Positions 29,685 through 40,627 of a DNA stretch of 64,000 nt are shown here, in pieces. The notes beneath the pieces were generated by a model. The model searched no databases. It was not told the DNA's origin and saw only the letters and a list, made by a program, of their open reading frames with translations. The stretch is taken from the IMG/VR virus record IMGVR_UViG_3300017791_000355, positions 71,662-135,661 of that record; one strand, 5' to 3'. Every line of letters starts with the position of its first letter. Position 1 is the first letter of the stretch. The translations under genes and the position numbers were made by a program. Source of the DNA: a virus. Taxonomy: Duplodnaviria > Caudoviricetes.

Positions 29685-31700
29685 CTAGTAGTCGCGGAGC
29701 GAGCACGTGTACCCGCGCCACCCGTCGATCAGCATCTGCGCCTCGGTGGTCATGTCTTGGACGTACTCGCTGCAGGTCAGGGCCTGCTGGAACGTGGACC
29801 GGAGCTCCGAGGTGTGGAGGCAGATCTCCGTCGACACGACGGAAGATTGCTGACCATCGCGCCTCAAGCGACCGAAGGTCTGCTGGTACTTTCTCGCACT
29901 AGCCATCGTGTTGATGATCAGCTGCGTGTCGTAGGTGTACTGGAGCCCGTTCGTGCCTCGACCGTGCGCGTTGATGGAGGCGATGATGGAACGCTCGTCG
30001 CTCAACTTCCCCTCTTCCATCATCTCCGCGAGTCGAGCGCCGGTCCCCTCGCCGAACACCTCGAGGCCGGTCAGCTCACCGAGCTTGCTCCCAAACTCGC
30101 GCATCCCGTACCAGACGATGCCGCCGTTACTGACCGCCCACTGTGCCGCGTCCTCGGCGAGCCACTCGTCGATCCACCGCGCCTCCGGCTTGGGCTTGCA
30201 CTGGTCGCGGATGTCGCGCCACGCCCGCCAGTTCTCCGCCGGCCAGTTCGGTAGATCGGGACTACTCGGCAACTCCTCGTAGGCGCGGCGAGCGGCCTCC
30301 TCGCAGAGCTTCGCCGAGTCGAGGTGCAGCTCGCCCTGCAGCATCTTGTAGCGGAGCTCGCTGTGCCACGCCTTACGGGCGGCGAGCCACCGGAGGCGGA
30401 GCTCGGTGGGGATGCCCTTCCAGTTCCAGCGGTAGACCAGGCCGGTCGCGACCTGCCGGACGACGCGCGCCTGCTCGAGCGGGTCGACGAGGATCTCGTC
30501 CGGGTCGTCGCTGACCATCGAGTCGGGCCGGAGCTTGTTGCGCGCGAGGCGGAGGGCGTCGAGCACTCGCTGGGGGATCGGCGGAACGACCTTCTCCCGG
30601 ATATCGTTGACGACCTCGTCGCCGGCGTCGTTCGTTACGATTTGCCGGCCGCCGATGATGATGGTGCCGGGGGTCTCCGCCAGGCGGCGCTGGTACGCCT
30701 TCCGGATCTCGTGAACGCCCTCGTGAGGCTCGAGCAGCGCGATCAGCGCGCCGGGAGGGGACGGGTTCGGCACCGCGTCGAGACAGCGAGAGAACTCGTC
30801 GATGACGAGTTTGTCAGTCGGCAGCGGTGAGCGGTGCCGCAAGGCCATGGCCAGGAGGTGGGCGAACTCAGAGACCGAGTTGTTCGTCAGCGAGCCCGTC
30901 CACCCGAAGAACTTCGTCGTCTGCCAGTACTGCTCAAAGTAGCGCAGGAGGCGGATCGTCCGGCTCGACTCGATCGACGAGAGCCCGTCGACCTCGTCGC
31001 AGATGATCGCGTCGGGCCGGAGGTTCTCGATCCACTGAGAGTTCTGCTTCCCGGAGATGAACGTGTACGGGACGACGTGCACCGTAGGCGCGAGCGAGCC
31101 GTCAGGTAGGTGCTGGACCGCGCTGCGCCACGTCTGTCGACCAGGCAGGTGGACGACGAAGTTCGGGACGCGGAAGTGCTCGGCGATGAGTCGGTACTCG
31201 GTGATGATCTGCTTCCGCAGCCCAGGTGGGATCATCAGCAGCGCGATCTTGCAGTTCTTGATCGCCAGCGCCCCGACGACGTCCAAAAACGTTTTTCCCA
31301 AACCTACCGGGCACGACGCGATGAGACCGCCGTAGGTGCTCATCTCGTAGAGCGCCCACGCCTGCTCCCACTTGAGCTGCTTGATGCACTTGCGCTTGCC
31401 ACTCTTCACGCGCTTATCGATCTCGGCGCAGCGGCACTGTCGCGGCCCGAGCGAGTAGCGACCCATCATCATCTGGACGAGCGCTTCGGCGGTCGTCGAG
31501 CCCGTGGTCACCGATGGTCGACGCGGAAGATTGACGATCCGCCTCAGCTCGTCACTGTTCGAAACGGGCATCCCCCGGATCGAACCGGAAAGGAGTTGCT
31601 GCATCGTCCGCGTCTGGCCATTCCAGTCCGCAGGGTAGAACGACGGCGCAGTCTCCTCATCGAGGTCGTCGTCGTCCTCGTCGTCGCGATCGTCGGACAC
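29685..31700 (-). CDS. Superfamily 2 (SNF2-like) helicase
   Basis: VGLGKT (motif I), DEVD (II), TGS (III), GTNGLQ (V) and Q..GR..R.GQ (VI). Confidence 0.85.
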   Translation of the reverse strand: MSDDRDDEDDDDLDEETAPSFYPADWNGQTRTMQQLLSGSIRGMPVSNSDELRRIVNLPRRPSVTTGSTTAEALVQMMMGRYSLGPRQCRCAEIDKRVKSGKRKCIKQLKWEQAWALYEMSTYGGLIASCPVGLGKTFLDVVGALAIKNCKIALLMIPPGLRKQIITEYRLIAEHFRVPNFVVHLPGRQTWRSAVQHLPDGSLAPTVHVVPYTFISGKQNSQWIENLRPDAIICDEVDGLSSIESSRTIRLLRYFEQYWQTTKFFGWTGSLTNNSVSEFAHLLAMALRHRSPLPTDKLVIDEFSRCLDAVPNPSPPGALIALLEPHEGVHEIRKAYQRRLAETPGTIIIGGRQIVTNDAGDEVVNDIREKVVPPIPQRVLDALRLARNKLRPDSMVSDDPDEILVDPLEQARVVRQVATGLVYRWNWKGIPTELRLRWLAARKAWHSELRYKMLQGELHLDSAKLCEEAARRAYEELPSSPDLPNWPAENWRAWRDIRDQCKPKPEARWIDEWLAEDAAQWAVSNGGIVWYGMREFGSKLGELTGLEVFGEGTGARLAEMMEEGKLSDERSIIASINAHGRGTNGLQYTYDTQLIINTMASARKYQQTFGRLRRDGQQSSVVSTEICLHTSELRSTFQQALTCSEYVQDMTTEAQMLIDGWRGYTCSLRDY

Positions 31701-32628
31701 AGGCTACCTGATGGGCTTGCCAGAGCCGGTGCAGCGACCGCTGACCAAGCGAGCGTGTTGGCCCACGTAACCCAAGCAGACCTCGCACCAGTAGCGCGGA
31801 GTGCCGCCGGAAGGACTCTCGGATTCGGTTACTGTCCCTCCGCATCCGATGTGCGTGTCTGGACTGCAGTGCTCGATCGGCGCCCACTCGCACTCCCTCG
31901 AACCCCACTTCTGACCGAGCGAGACGATCGTGCGAAGGGTCTCGCACTCGGTGCAGTACCCGAGGGCCAAGTTAGGACTCCGCTTCTTCGACCGCGCGGA
32001 TTAGCGCCGCCGCGATGGCGCGCGCGTCGTCGTGACTGATCGCCTGCGGGTCGCGCCGCTCCTCGCGGGTCGCCACGTTGGTCGTGACGCCGAGCTGCTG
32101 GCCGACACACCACACGCTGGCGCGCTCGAGCTCGCGGTGCGTGATGCCCCCGACGCGGGTCACGATCGACCACGCGTCGTGGTGACCGAAGTTGAGGATG
32201 ATCCAGCGCGCCATGCGCTCGATCCTCGAGCAGCCCGACTCGTCAGCGTAGTCAACCAGTACACTGGTCGCGACCGTGACGATGGTGTCGACAGTGTCGA
32301 TTGGCGCCTCGCCGTAGGAGAGGTCGGCGTCCGAGAGATCGAAGTGTCCTGAGCCGGATCCGTGGCGCATGTCAGGTCTTCTTGGCGTCGCGGTAGTCGA
32401 CACCGGACAGACGGCACGCCTCGCGAAACAGTCGACGGTGTGCCTGCCGCGTCATGTCGGACGGGCGAGGGAGAATCTGTGGCGCGATGCGAGGTGGCTC
32501 GATCGTGACCATCCGCCTCTCGCGCTTGGAGTAGGTCCCGTCGGGCTGGCGACGCTCGACGAGGTCCGCGAAGCGAGACTCCCACCACGGGCCGACCAGA
32601 CCTCGCTTGACGATTCGGTCGAAGCGAC

Positions 32629-33051
32629 TCATGGCTGCACGTACCCTTCGCGGATAGCGAGCCGCGCGAGGTCGACGTTGTTGCGGCACTTCAGCTTCTT
32701 CAGGATGTGCCCTCGATGCGTGTCGACGGTCTTGATCGAGATGCCGAGAGCGGCCGCGATCTCGGCGTTCTTCTCTCCGAGTGCGAGGAGAAGCGCGACA
32801 GCGCGCTCGCGATCGGTGAGCGCGGGGAAGGGGACCTTGCGCACTCGGAGCTGCGGAGGTCCGCCGAGGTAGTTGGACGTCACCACGACCACGCGGCCCT
32901 GCGCGAGCCACTGCACGGCGGCCGGGGAGTCGTGCGCCACGCCAGTGCCCCGAAGCTGTTGCTCGTCGAAGCCGGGGTCCTCTGGGTTCAGAGGCTGGTC
33001 ACTAACGTCGTGGACGGGGCTCGTGTTTTCGATGAATGGTTCGTATTCCAT
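32629..33051 (-). CDS. LuxR-type HTH transcription regulator
   Basis: LTDRERAVALLLALGEKNAEIAAALGISIKTVDTHRGHILKKL. Confidence 0.9.
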   Translation of the reverse strand: MEYEPFIENTSPVHDVSDQPLNPEDPGFDEQQLRGTGVAHDSPAAVQWLAQGRVVVVTSNYLGGPPQLRVRKVPFPALTDRERAVALLLALGEKNAEIAAALGISIKTVDTHRGHILKKLKCRNNVDLARLAIREGYVQP

Positions 33052-35093
33052 CACCGCGCTCCCTTGATGAACACGCCACCGGTAGCGCGAGCGATCTGGC
33101 CAAACGTCTCGGCCGCGACCGAGCCGATGTCGCCCATCGAGCCGTTGAGGTGATAGTTGCCCGGCGGGAGGAGTCCCGCGGCCGGGAGCTCGCGGATGCA
33201 CGCCGCGAGCACACCCTTGTGCCGACCGAAGCCGTACTTCGAGTCCGGCGCGGCACAGCGGAAGTCCGTGACGACGGTGTTACCGTCGGGTCCAGGCTGC
33301 GCGGCGTCCTGATTCATGTTGGCGCAGATCAAGTCGATCAGTGGCCAGAGGCTCTTGGTCTCGAGTCCCTCGATCGCGACGTCGACGTAAACGTTGATTG
33401 TGCCGGGCGGCTGAGGCGTCGGGCCGGGTGCGGGCTGGTCAGTCACCGCTTCGGTGGGGACGCTCGAGGCGGCCACGGCAGGGGTGCTCACGTTGACGAT
33501 GCTGGCGACGGGCGTCTCGGCAACGACGGGCGAAGCGGCGACCTCGGTCACGTGGTCAGCCTGTGAGGGCGCGTCTGCCTTCTTACGCGACGCGCGGGGC
33601 TTCTTCGGCGGCTTCTCGCTCGAGGCGGTCTCGACTGACGATGACTGGTCCGATGCCGGCGCCTCGGAGGCGATCTCCGCCGCTCGCTTCGCGGCCAGGG
33701 CACGGACCTCGTCGCGGACCGCGGGCAGGTGCGTCGGGTCCTCGATCATGAACTTCGCGAGCTCGCCGGTACCAGCGAACGGACCATTCGAGTCAAATGC
33801 CTCGCCGGCCGCACGGCGTGCATTCGCGTACGCGAGGGCGACAGCGCCGGAGAGAGCCGGGCGCCCCATACCGCACGCGTCGATATCGGCGATCAGTGAG
33901 AGCGTCGGGTCAGGTGCCGGGGCGTTCTCGGCCGCCTCGAGTGCGGCGAGGCGCACGATCTCGGCCTCGACGTCCGCCGACGGCGGCGCGGACGCGGGGA
34001 CCGGCGTGGGAGCCGGGGTCTGGACGGTCGAGGGCGCGGGTGCACCAGCCCGCTGGGCCTGCAGGCGGGCGATGATCGAGATCGGCGTCACGGGTGTCGT
34101 CATGTCTGTGAGTTCCTCAGTTGTCCCCGACAGAACCCCTGGACTAGTCGGACGCTTCCCGATCTGCACGAGGTTGCTGGGCGGCGTCAGCAGTCGCGCC
34201 GCGGCGGTTCCACCGACCAGCATCGATAGGCTGCTGTGACTGGCAGCCCGGCACACGCCGGCTACCTTCGCTGGACAGTCTCGGTTGTACGCCCTGCAGG
34301 CGCGGGTGTTGGCGTCGACGAGATCGGGGTTCGACTCACGCGCGGCGTGCTTCATGCTGTTCGCGACCGCGGTCGCGCGACGCCACGTGCGCTCGAGAGT
34401 CTCGCGATCGACGAGAATATTCGGCGCGCGAGGCGTGCCCTTAGTTGGGAAGTAGTTGTGCGTCAGTCGGACGCGCTCGAGGTCTGGAAAAGTTTCAAAC
34501 GCGAAGATTCCGTAACCGGCCATTTGAAACGTTTCTGGCAAGTCAGTCGGAGACTTTGCGTTATTGATGGTGTTCGGAAACTTATGGTCCAGGAGTTTAA
34601 TGACGCCAGGCTCGTCGTACGCAGCGCTTGGATCCTGGACGCCGTAGTTCTCAGGTCGCGCGTGACAGAGGTCGATCGCGCCGAGGAGCGGGATGCCGGC
34701 GACGCGAACCTTCGCCTGCGAGATGCCGGAACTTCCATCGGGCAAGTCCGGGACCATGTCCCACTCGACGAGCAAGTCGTCGCCGGGCGTGGGAAGCTGG
34801 TGCAGTCCAGAGAGAACGACCGACGAGAGATGACCTCGCTCGCCGGTCGTGAGGTACTTCGCGACCTCGGCGTGACACGCGTTGCCTCGCTCGGTGTCCT
34901 TGTTCGGCGGCTCCTTGATGTTCCGCTTGTAGCGGAACCACCACTTGCGGAGGCAGCCGCTCGTGCTCGACGAGTCGGCGGTCTCGAGCGAGCTCACTGA
35001 CGCGAAGCGAACCTCGCCGTTGACGATTGTCTTGCCGTGCTTCCAACCCTTGTTGGAACCGTCGGCATTCTGCGTCGCACCACTCATGCCCAA
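33051..35093 (-). CDS. Cas4/RecB-like PD-(D/E)xK exonuclease with a long C-terminal extension
   Basis: C.RKWW, RG..CH, GAIDL, LDHK, Q...Y, and a C-terminal Cys cluster C..Y..DCP....C. Confidence 0.75.
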   Translation of the reverse strand: MGMSGATQNADGSNKGWKHGKTIVNGEVRFASVSSLETADSSSTSGCLRKWWFRYKRNIKEPPNKDTERGNACHAEVAKYLTTGERGHLSSVVLSGLHQLPTPGDDLLVEWDMVPDLPDGSSGISQAKVRVAGIPLLGAIDLCHARPENYGVQDPSAAYDEPGVIKLLDHKFPNTINNAKSPTDLPETFQMAGYGIFAFETFPDLERVRLTHNYFPTKGTPRAPNILVDRETLERTWRRATAVANSMKHAARESNPDLVDANTRACRAYNRDCPAKVAGVCRAASHSSLSMLVGGTAAARLLTPPSNLVQIGKRPTSPGVLSGTTEELTDMTTPVTPISIIARLQAQRAGAPAPSTVQTPAPTPVPASAPPSADVEAEIVRLAALEAAENAPAPDPTLSLIADIDACGMGRPALSGAVALAYANARRAAGEAFDSNGPFAGTGELAKFMIEDPTHLPAVRDEVRALAAKRAAEIASEAPASDQSSSVETASSEKPPKKPRASRKKADAPSQADHVTEVAASPVVAETPVASIVNVSTPAVAASSVPTEAVTDQPAPGPTPQPPGTINVYVDVAIEGLETKSLWPLIDLICANMNQDAAQPGPDGNTVVTDFRCAAPDSKYGFGRHKGVLAACIRELPAAGLLPPGNYHLNGSMGDIGSVAAETFGQIARATGGVFIKGAR

Positions 35094-35521
35094 CCCCTCC
35101 GCTTCTTACGAAGCGCGCGAGCGCGTCGGCGACGCTTGCGCTCTTGGTGACGACACCGGGTGAAGTACGCCTCTACGTCAATATTCCAATGACGTACTTG
35201 GACGTCGTCGTAGACTTTCTCGACGAGATCGCTCTGACCTTCCTGAAGGAGCGTGAAGGTGCACGTTCCATCACGAACTTTTGCGCGAGTGAAAGCAGTC
35301 CGATCGGAATCTGGTGCGGCGGGGTCAACACTGATGAATGTGCCGTCCGCGAAGCCGGTCAACTCGACTCCGTTGAACGTGACCTTCACGTCCTTCGGGT
35401 CGTACGTCTTGATCTCGGTTGGACCGTCGAGGTACGTGCCGCAAGAGACGCACTTCCGATTGAGCGTCGGGTACCACTCCTTGCAGCCGCAACTCGGGCA
35501 CTCGCTGACCTGCTCGCTCAC
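35084..35521 (-). CDS. Zn-ribbon protein containing a DUF3277 (tail-tube-like) segment
   Basis: CPSC..CVSC followed by TYDPKDVKVTFNGVELTGFADGTFISV. Confidence 0.5.
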   Translation of the reverse strand: MSEQVSECPSCGCKEWYPTLNRKCVSCGTYLDGPTEIKTYDPKDVKVTFNGVELTGFADGTFISVDPAAPDSDRTAFTRAKVRDGTCTFTLLQEGQSDLVEKVYDDVQVRHWNIDVEAYFTRCRHQERKRRRRARALRKKRRGWA

Positions 35522-36356
35522 GCCCAGCCCCTGAGCTTCTTGCGTCGCATGCGACGGCAGTGACGCGCTCGACGTGACAACCGGCGAAGTGTCTTGCACG
35601 GAAGCGTCAAGACCACACTGTGAACTGCACCTTGCAGTCGAGCGGTGAAATTGATGTCTGGGAGTACTCGACTCGTCACGCCGCCACCCGTCCCGCGATG
35701 TTGACCGGGACGATGGTCGTCTCGTCGCCGACGCGAAGGAGCTCTCGATCAGTCGCAGGCACCCCCGCCGCGACCTCGTGATGCGCCTGCTCGAGCGACC
35801 ATCGTCCGTAGTGCGCGGTGTGTCGCGCCTCGCCGAGAACCACCCACTGCACGTCACCGTCCGCGAAGCGGAGGCGCTCTGGAACAGCAAGCCAGATGTC
35901 GACCTTGTTGGACAACTCTCCAGCCAGTCGATTGCGCGACAACCAGTACGTCCGATACTTCGGTCGATCTTGACCGTCCTTGAGATGCCCCTTGTCGTTC
36001 ACGAACGAGCCTCGCGGCGCGCGATCTCCGGCTCGACAGCGCGCATCAGCAGTCCGTGAGAGTCCGCGCGCCCGTCGGTCTCGAAGTACTCCACAGCCGC
36101 GTCAACGACCTCCTGGTACTGCTCGAGCCTCTCGAGCGCGACGTCCAAGTTCTTCGAGACGTCGGACGCCGCCTCTACTAGCGAGGCTCGAATGCTGTCC
36201 GAGTAAGCGAGCGCCAGTTCGAGTTCCTCGACACGATCTTGTGCTGATCGCAGCGCGGCACGCGAGGCGCGCAGATCACTCTCGAGCTTTGAGAAGTACT
36301 CGGCTGGGTTGTCGACCATGTCCAGGAGGAACCCCCCGGACACAATTCAGGCTTCC

Positions 36357-36974
36357 CTACTCGCGGGGCTGCACGCGCGCTCGCCGAAGAGCGTCCCGCA
36401 CCCACTCGATCGGGGACAGGATCATCAAATTGTCCATCTCCTGGTAGCGCCTGCTCAGGACACCGACCGCGCGACCCTCGACGTCCATGATCGGCGAGCC
36501 GGATCCGCCGAACCCACCGACCGCGGAGCAGATACCTGTGTCGTACGTGTCGTCGTCGATGCGCGAGCGTCCGGACCACAGACCCTCGGACCGGAGGTAG
36601 ATCCCGCGCGGGTAGCCGGCCGTCCAGACGACCTCGCCGACAGGCGGGTCGTGGGGCGCGAGCTGGATAGGCGCCCCGCGCATCTCGCCGCGCAGGACGC
36701 AGACGTCATGCGCGTCGTCGTCGATCAAGACGGAGAGCTCGGCGCCTGGGACGGCGAACTCGCCCTCGAGGTTGTACGTCTCCTCGTCCTCGCAGCAGTG
36801 ACCGGCGGTCATCTCGAGTCCCTCGGCGACCTTCCAGACAGTGCAGTGGAACTGCCCCCGGTGAATCATCCTAGCGACCGCGGGGGTCGTCAGGGTCGGC
36901 GCGCGTCCCGAGACGTACTCGTGACGACAACCAATCGCGAGGAGCACGAGGAACAGGTAGCAGAGAGGTCTCAC
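36357..36974 (-). CDS. Trypsin-like serine protease, putative lipoprotein
   Basis: Signal MRPLCYLFLVLLAIGC; catalytic triad motifs TAGHC, DVC and GGSGSP. Confidence 0.85.
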   Translation of the reverse strand: MRPLCYLFLVLLAIGCRHEYVSGRAPTLTTPAVARMIHRGQFHCTVWKVAEGLEMTAGHCCEDEETYNLEGEFAVPGAELSVLIDDDAHDVCVLRGEMRGAPIQLAPHDPPVGEVVWTAGYPRGIYLRSEGLWSGRSRIDDDTYDTGICSAVGGFGGSGSPIMDVEGRAVGVLSRRYQEMDNLMILSPIEWVRDALRRARVQPRE

Positions 36975-37010
36975 TTCCAAGGGTACTCTCTGGACACGCG
37001 CGGGACCAGC

Positions 37011-39911
37011 CTACGAATATTTGTTAGAGATCCTGCTCGGCGTCCTGACCTGGAGCTTCCCCTGAGCGTCGACGCAGATCTCGGCGAGGCACTCGTTCTC
37101 GTCGCCCTTGATCCACGCGCGCGCCTCGCCGTTCGTGAACCGGACGGCGCGCTCGGGCTTGTGCCAGCCGAGGCGCGTCATCGCGGTGTCGATCTCCTTC
37201 GACTCGGTGGTCGACGGACGCTTGCGATTGGTCATCTCGAGATCCGCGAGGATCCACGTGTCGCTGACGCGGATCCGACCGTTACGGTCGCTGAGTCGCT
37301 CCTCGAGGAGGATCTCGATCGGGCTCTTGGTCCGGCGCTCCTCCTGCTCGATCGCGGCCGCGCCGTAGAGCGACGGGTCGAGGCGGATGTACTCGTCGTC
37401 GTCTGCGTGCTCCTGCTCGAGTTGGGCGGCCTCGGCCCAGAGCTGCGACACGATCGCCCGGAACGTCTTGATGTCGATCGGCCTGGTGACCTGTACGGGC
37501 CAGTAGCGACGGTTGCCGGTCGAGTCGACCAGGTACTCGCGCTCGTTCGTGGTTCCGATGATCACGAACTGTCGCGGGCGAGTCGTGGGCAGGCGACCGT
37601 ACGCCTTGCGAGTCCGATCGACCTCGGTCGAGAGTTGCGCCTTGAGCTCATTCGACTGCGTCTTGGACATCTTCGAGAGCTCGCCGGCCTCGCAGATCCA
37701 GCGCCCCGCCGTCTGTTCCATCCAACGACGGTCGTCGCCGTCGAGGTAGAGCTTGGCGCTGTACCAGTCCTCGTTCACCGCGAGTGCCTTGACCATAGAC
37801 GACTTGAAGAAGCCCTGCGTGTCCGACTCGAGGATCAGCATCTCGTCGAACTTGCAGCCCGGACGGCGGACGCGCCGGACGGCTGCCACGAGGATCAGAC
37901 GCGACACCGCGCGGACGTACGGCGTGTCCTTGACGCCGGCGTGGTCGATCAACCAAGTCTCGACGCGTGGTACGCCGTCCCACGTGGGCAGCGAGTCGAG
38001 GTAGTCGAGCACGGGGTGGTAGGCGTTCTCGCGAGCGATCACCTCCGCGGTGTCGAAGAGCTTCTCCTTCGGGGGGACGAAGTCGTGGGTGCGCTCGAGT
38101 CGGTTGTGGAGCGTCTTGAGGTGGTGGTCCTCGAGGAACTCTCTCCCGTCGCCGCAGTCGATCTCCTGCTGGTCGGCGAGTCGGTTGTGGTGGAGCGACA
38201 CGCCGAGCTTCTTCAGCCCGACGCGAATGTTGTGCTCCGCGGTCGAGACAGGTCGACCCTTGTCCATCCGAAACTCGTTCTCGTCTAGCGGCTGGGCGTC
38301 GGCCTCGCGCTGGCGGCGCTCCTGCCACGCGGCCTCGCGCGCCTCGCGCACGAACTCCTGGAGATCGGACACGAGGCCGTTCTGGATGTGCCCGCTCAGG
38401 ATCACGGCGAGGGTCTGGTCGGCTGCGTCGCGCGGCGCGCGCCGGACGACGGCGACCGCGGCGCGACCGACGTCCTCGTTGGTGGTGAAGATCTCGGCGT
38501 GACGGCGTCGGGTACGTTTCCCGCCGACGAGTTCCTCCCCGAGTGCGTACATGCGGCTGAGGTACTCGGCGTCCATCGTCTCGTCGTCGAAACGGTGACC
38601 GCGACGACGCGCGAAGTTGCGGAGCGCGAGCTCGACCTCGGTCACCGTCGGTCCAGGGACCACGGGGAGATCCAGGACCGCGGTCGCGGTTACCGGGGCC
38701 GGTGCGCCCCCGAACACGCCACTCGTCGCGACGGGCTTCGCTCGCGGCGCGAGGTCCGCGAACAACTTCACGAACGCCGGGTCCGAGGCGTCCGCGATCT
38801 GCTGCGCGCGCTCGGCGACCTGCTCGGGCGAGTAGTAGTCGCCCCAGGTCTTCTCGCCCTCGGCAAACGCGCGGCGAACGACGTCCGCCACGCGGTCCTC
38901 GCCGTAGGGCGGGACGCACTTCGGGTTGTAGACCTCGAGCACCGCGTCGAGGACGTCGTCCGGGTCGCGGACGCCGTACACCCGCGAGACCGTGCACATG
39001 ACGGTCCACATGAGGCCGTTGCGAACCCGTCGGTCGTCGGTGTCTGGACCAGCGTGCGCCGGGTGAACCTCGCCGAGCTCGCGCCGGAGGTGGGCGCGCA
39101 TGTCCGCGACGCGCTGCTCCTGCGGGATCGCGGCGAGCCACTCTGGCTCCGCCCCCTCGTCGGGCAGGTGGACGCTGCCGACCCTGGCCCGGCCGACAAC
39201 GGGTGCTGCCGTCGCGAGGATCGCGTCGACGTCGAGCGGTGCGCCGTCCAGTGCGACCGCGCCGACCGGCGCACCGTCAGGCGCCGACGGAAAGAACCAC
39301 ACGTGGCGAGCGTCCGCGTGACAGCCTGCCGGGATCCCGACGTGTGTCAGCGCTGCCTGGAGAAAGCGATCCCAATCCTGTCCCGGGACCTCGCGGCTCA
39401 GCGCCACGCACAGGCGGTAGCTCGGCCGCTCGTCGGTGTGAGAGTGGGTGGTGTAGATGACGGCGCGCAGCCCGCGCGCGACGAACGCCTCGAGAACGCG
39501 CTCGGCGGAGCCGGGGGTCAGGGATCGATTGGCCTCGTCCTTGTCGAAGTCGATGCCGAGCGCGGTGACCGCGACGACGTTACGCGCGATGCGGTGGCCG
39601 CGGTGCCGGCGACCGGCGACGTGCTCGTAATCGGGACATCCGACGGTCCACGTGCCGTCGGGCCGACGGGTCGGCGCCTGTCGGCAGGTGCACGGTGCGT
39701 CGCGGAAACGAGCGAGGGTGAAGCACAGGGCCTCGTCACCCAGGCCCACATCCTTGCTCGGACGTCGCGCGTGGGTCGTGAGTCGCTCAGCCCAGGCCGT
39801 CCAGGGGCCGATCACCTCGCGCCCGACGGTCTCCTGGTCGAAGAGATCGTCAGCGGTCGTGATAGCGATGGAGTCGCCTGGCGAGGCGGCGATTTTTGGA
39901 TCCGGCGTCAC
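37011..39911 (-). CDS. DNA primase-helicase (AEP-like N-terminus plus VirE/VapE P-loop domain)
   Basis: N-terminal DFD/YTTHSH/YR motifs; C-terminal YHPV..YL, PGCKFD, QG..KS, R.AYGR, IGTTN and TGNRRYWPV. Confidence 0.9.
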   Translation of the reverse strand: MTPDPKIAASPGDSIAITTADDLFDQETVGREVIGPWTAWAERLTTHARRPSKDVGLGDEALCFTLARFRDAPCTCRQAPTRRPDGTWTVGCPDYEHVAGRRHRGHRIARNVVAVTALGIDFDKDEANRSLTPGSAERVLEAFVARGLRAVIYTTHSHTDERPSYRLCVALSREVPGQDWDRFLQAALTHVGIPAGCHADARHVWFFPSAPDGAPVGAVALDGAPLDVDAILATAAPVVGRARVGSVHLPDEGAEPEWLAAIPQEQRVADMRAHLRRELGEVHPAHAGPDTDDRRVRNGLMWTVMCTVSRVYGVRDPDDVLDAVLEVYNPKCVPPYGEDRVADVVRRAFAEGEKTWGDYYSPEQVAERAQQIADASDPAFVKLFADLAPRAKPVATSGVFGGAPAPVTATAVLDLPVVPGPTVTEVELALRNFARRRGHRFDDETMDAEYLSRMYALGEELVGGKRTRRRHAEIFTTNEDVGRAAVAVVRRAPRDAADQTLAVILSGHIQNGLVSDLQEFVREAREAAWQERRQREADAQPLDENEFRMDKGRPVSTAEHNIRVGLKKLGVSLHHNRLADQQEIDCGDGREFLEDHHLKTLHNRLERTHDFVPPKEKLFDTAEVIARENAYHPVLDYLDSLPTWDGVPRVETWLIDHAGVKDTPYVRAVSRLILVAAVRRVRRPGCKFDEMLILESDTQGFFKSSMVKALAVNEDWYSAKLYLDGDDRRWMEQTAGRWICEAGELSKMSKTQSNELKAQLSTEVDRTRKAYGRLPTTRPRQFVIIGTTNEREYLVDSTGNRRYWPVQVTRPIDIKTFRAIVSQLWAEAAQLEQEHADDDEYIRLDPSLYGAAAIEQEERRTKSPIEILLEERLSDRNGRIRVSDTWILADLEMTNRKRPSTTESKEIDTAMTRLGWHKPERAVRFTNGEARAWIKGDENECLAEICVDAQGKLQVRTPSRISNKYS

Positions 39912-40627
39912 TCGGGACTGGCGTGGGAGTTGTCGAGCATACCTCCCTTGAGAACCCTCGGCACCTGGAGGTGCTTCCTCTGTGTCTTCCCTGGTGTACG
40001 CCGCTCGGACAGTACGCTAGCGAGTCTGGAGCGAGCGAAGTCGCTCCATGACTTGAGCGTGGTCGGGCTCGACGCCGAGTTCCTGCGCGATCTCACAGTA
40101 CCGGTTGTGTCGATCGACGATGGCCTGCAGTACGCTCGCAAGGTTGGTCTCCGCACCGAGCGTGACCGCGACGGTGCAAAGCTCGCGCACGCAAGTCTCC
40201 ACCTGCCGAGCGAGTTTGTCGCGTTCATCGAGCAGTTCGTCGAGCGCGGGGTCGGGTTCGTAGTCGTCGTAGTACATCGTCACTCCATCACCTGAGGTGA
40301 AATTCACCGGAGACGCACGACCAGGTGCGCATCACGCCGTCCGGGCGGACCTCTCCTCCACCACTCATGGTCTGCGGACCAAGGGGGCTGCGGAACGTGG
40401 CCGAGAAGTGCCTCGGGTCGTTCTCATAAGGGGTCACGTCGTACCACGACGGATTGCGCGGAACATCGCGGAGTAATTCGACTAGAGGGCAAGACTCGAG
40501 TCGATGCGACCGTTTCAGTTCCGCCAGGCGGTCGAGTTCATCGCTCGTGATGCGCTCACACAGACGCACGAACACTTCGTAGTCGAGATCCACAACTATT
40601 CAACTGCCTGGACGGGAGGTGGCTTCC

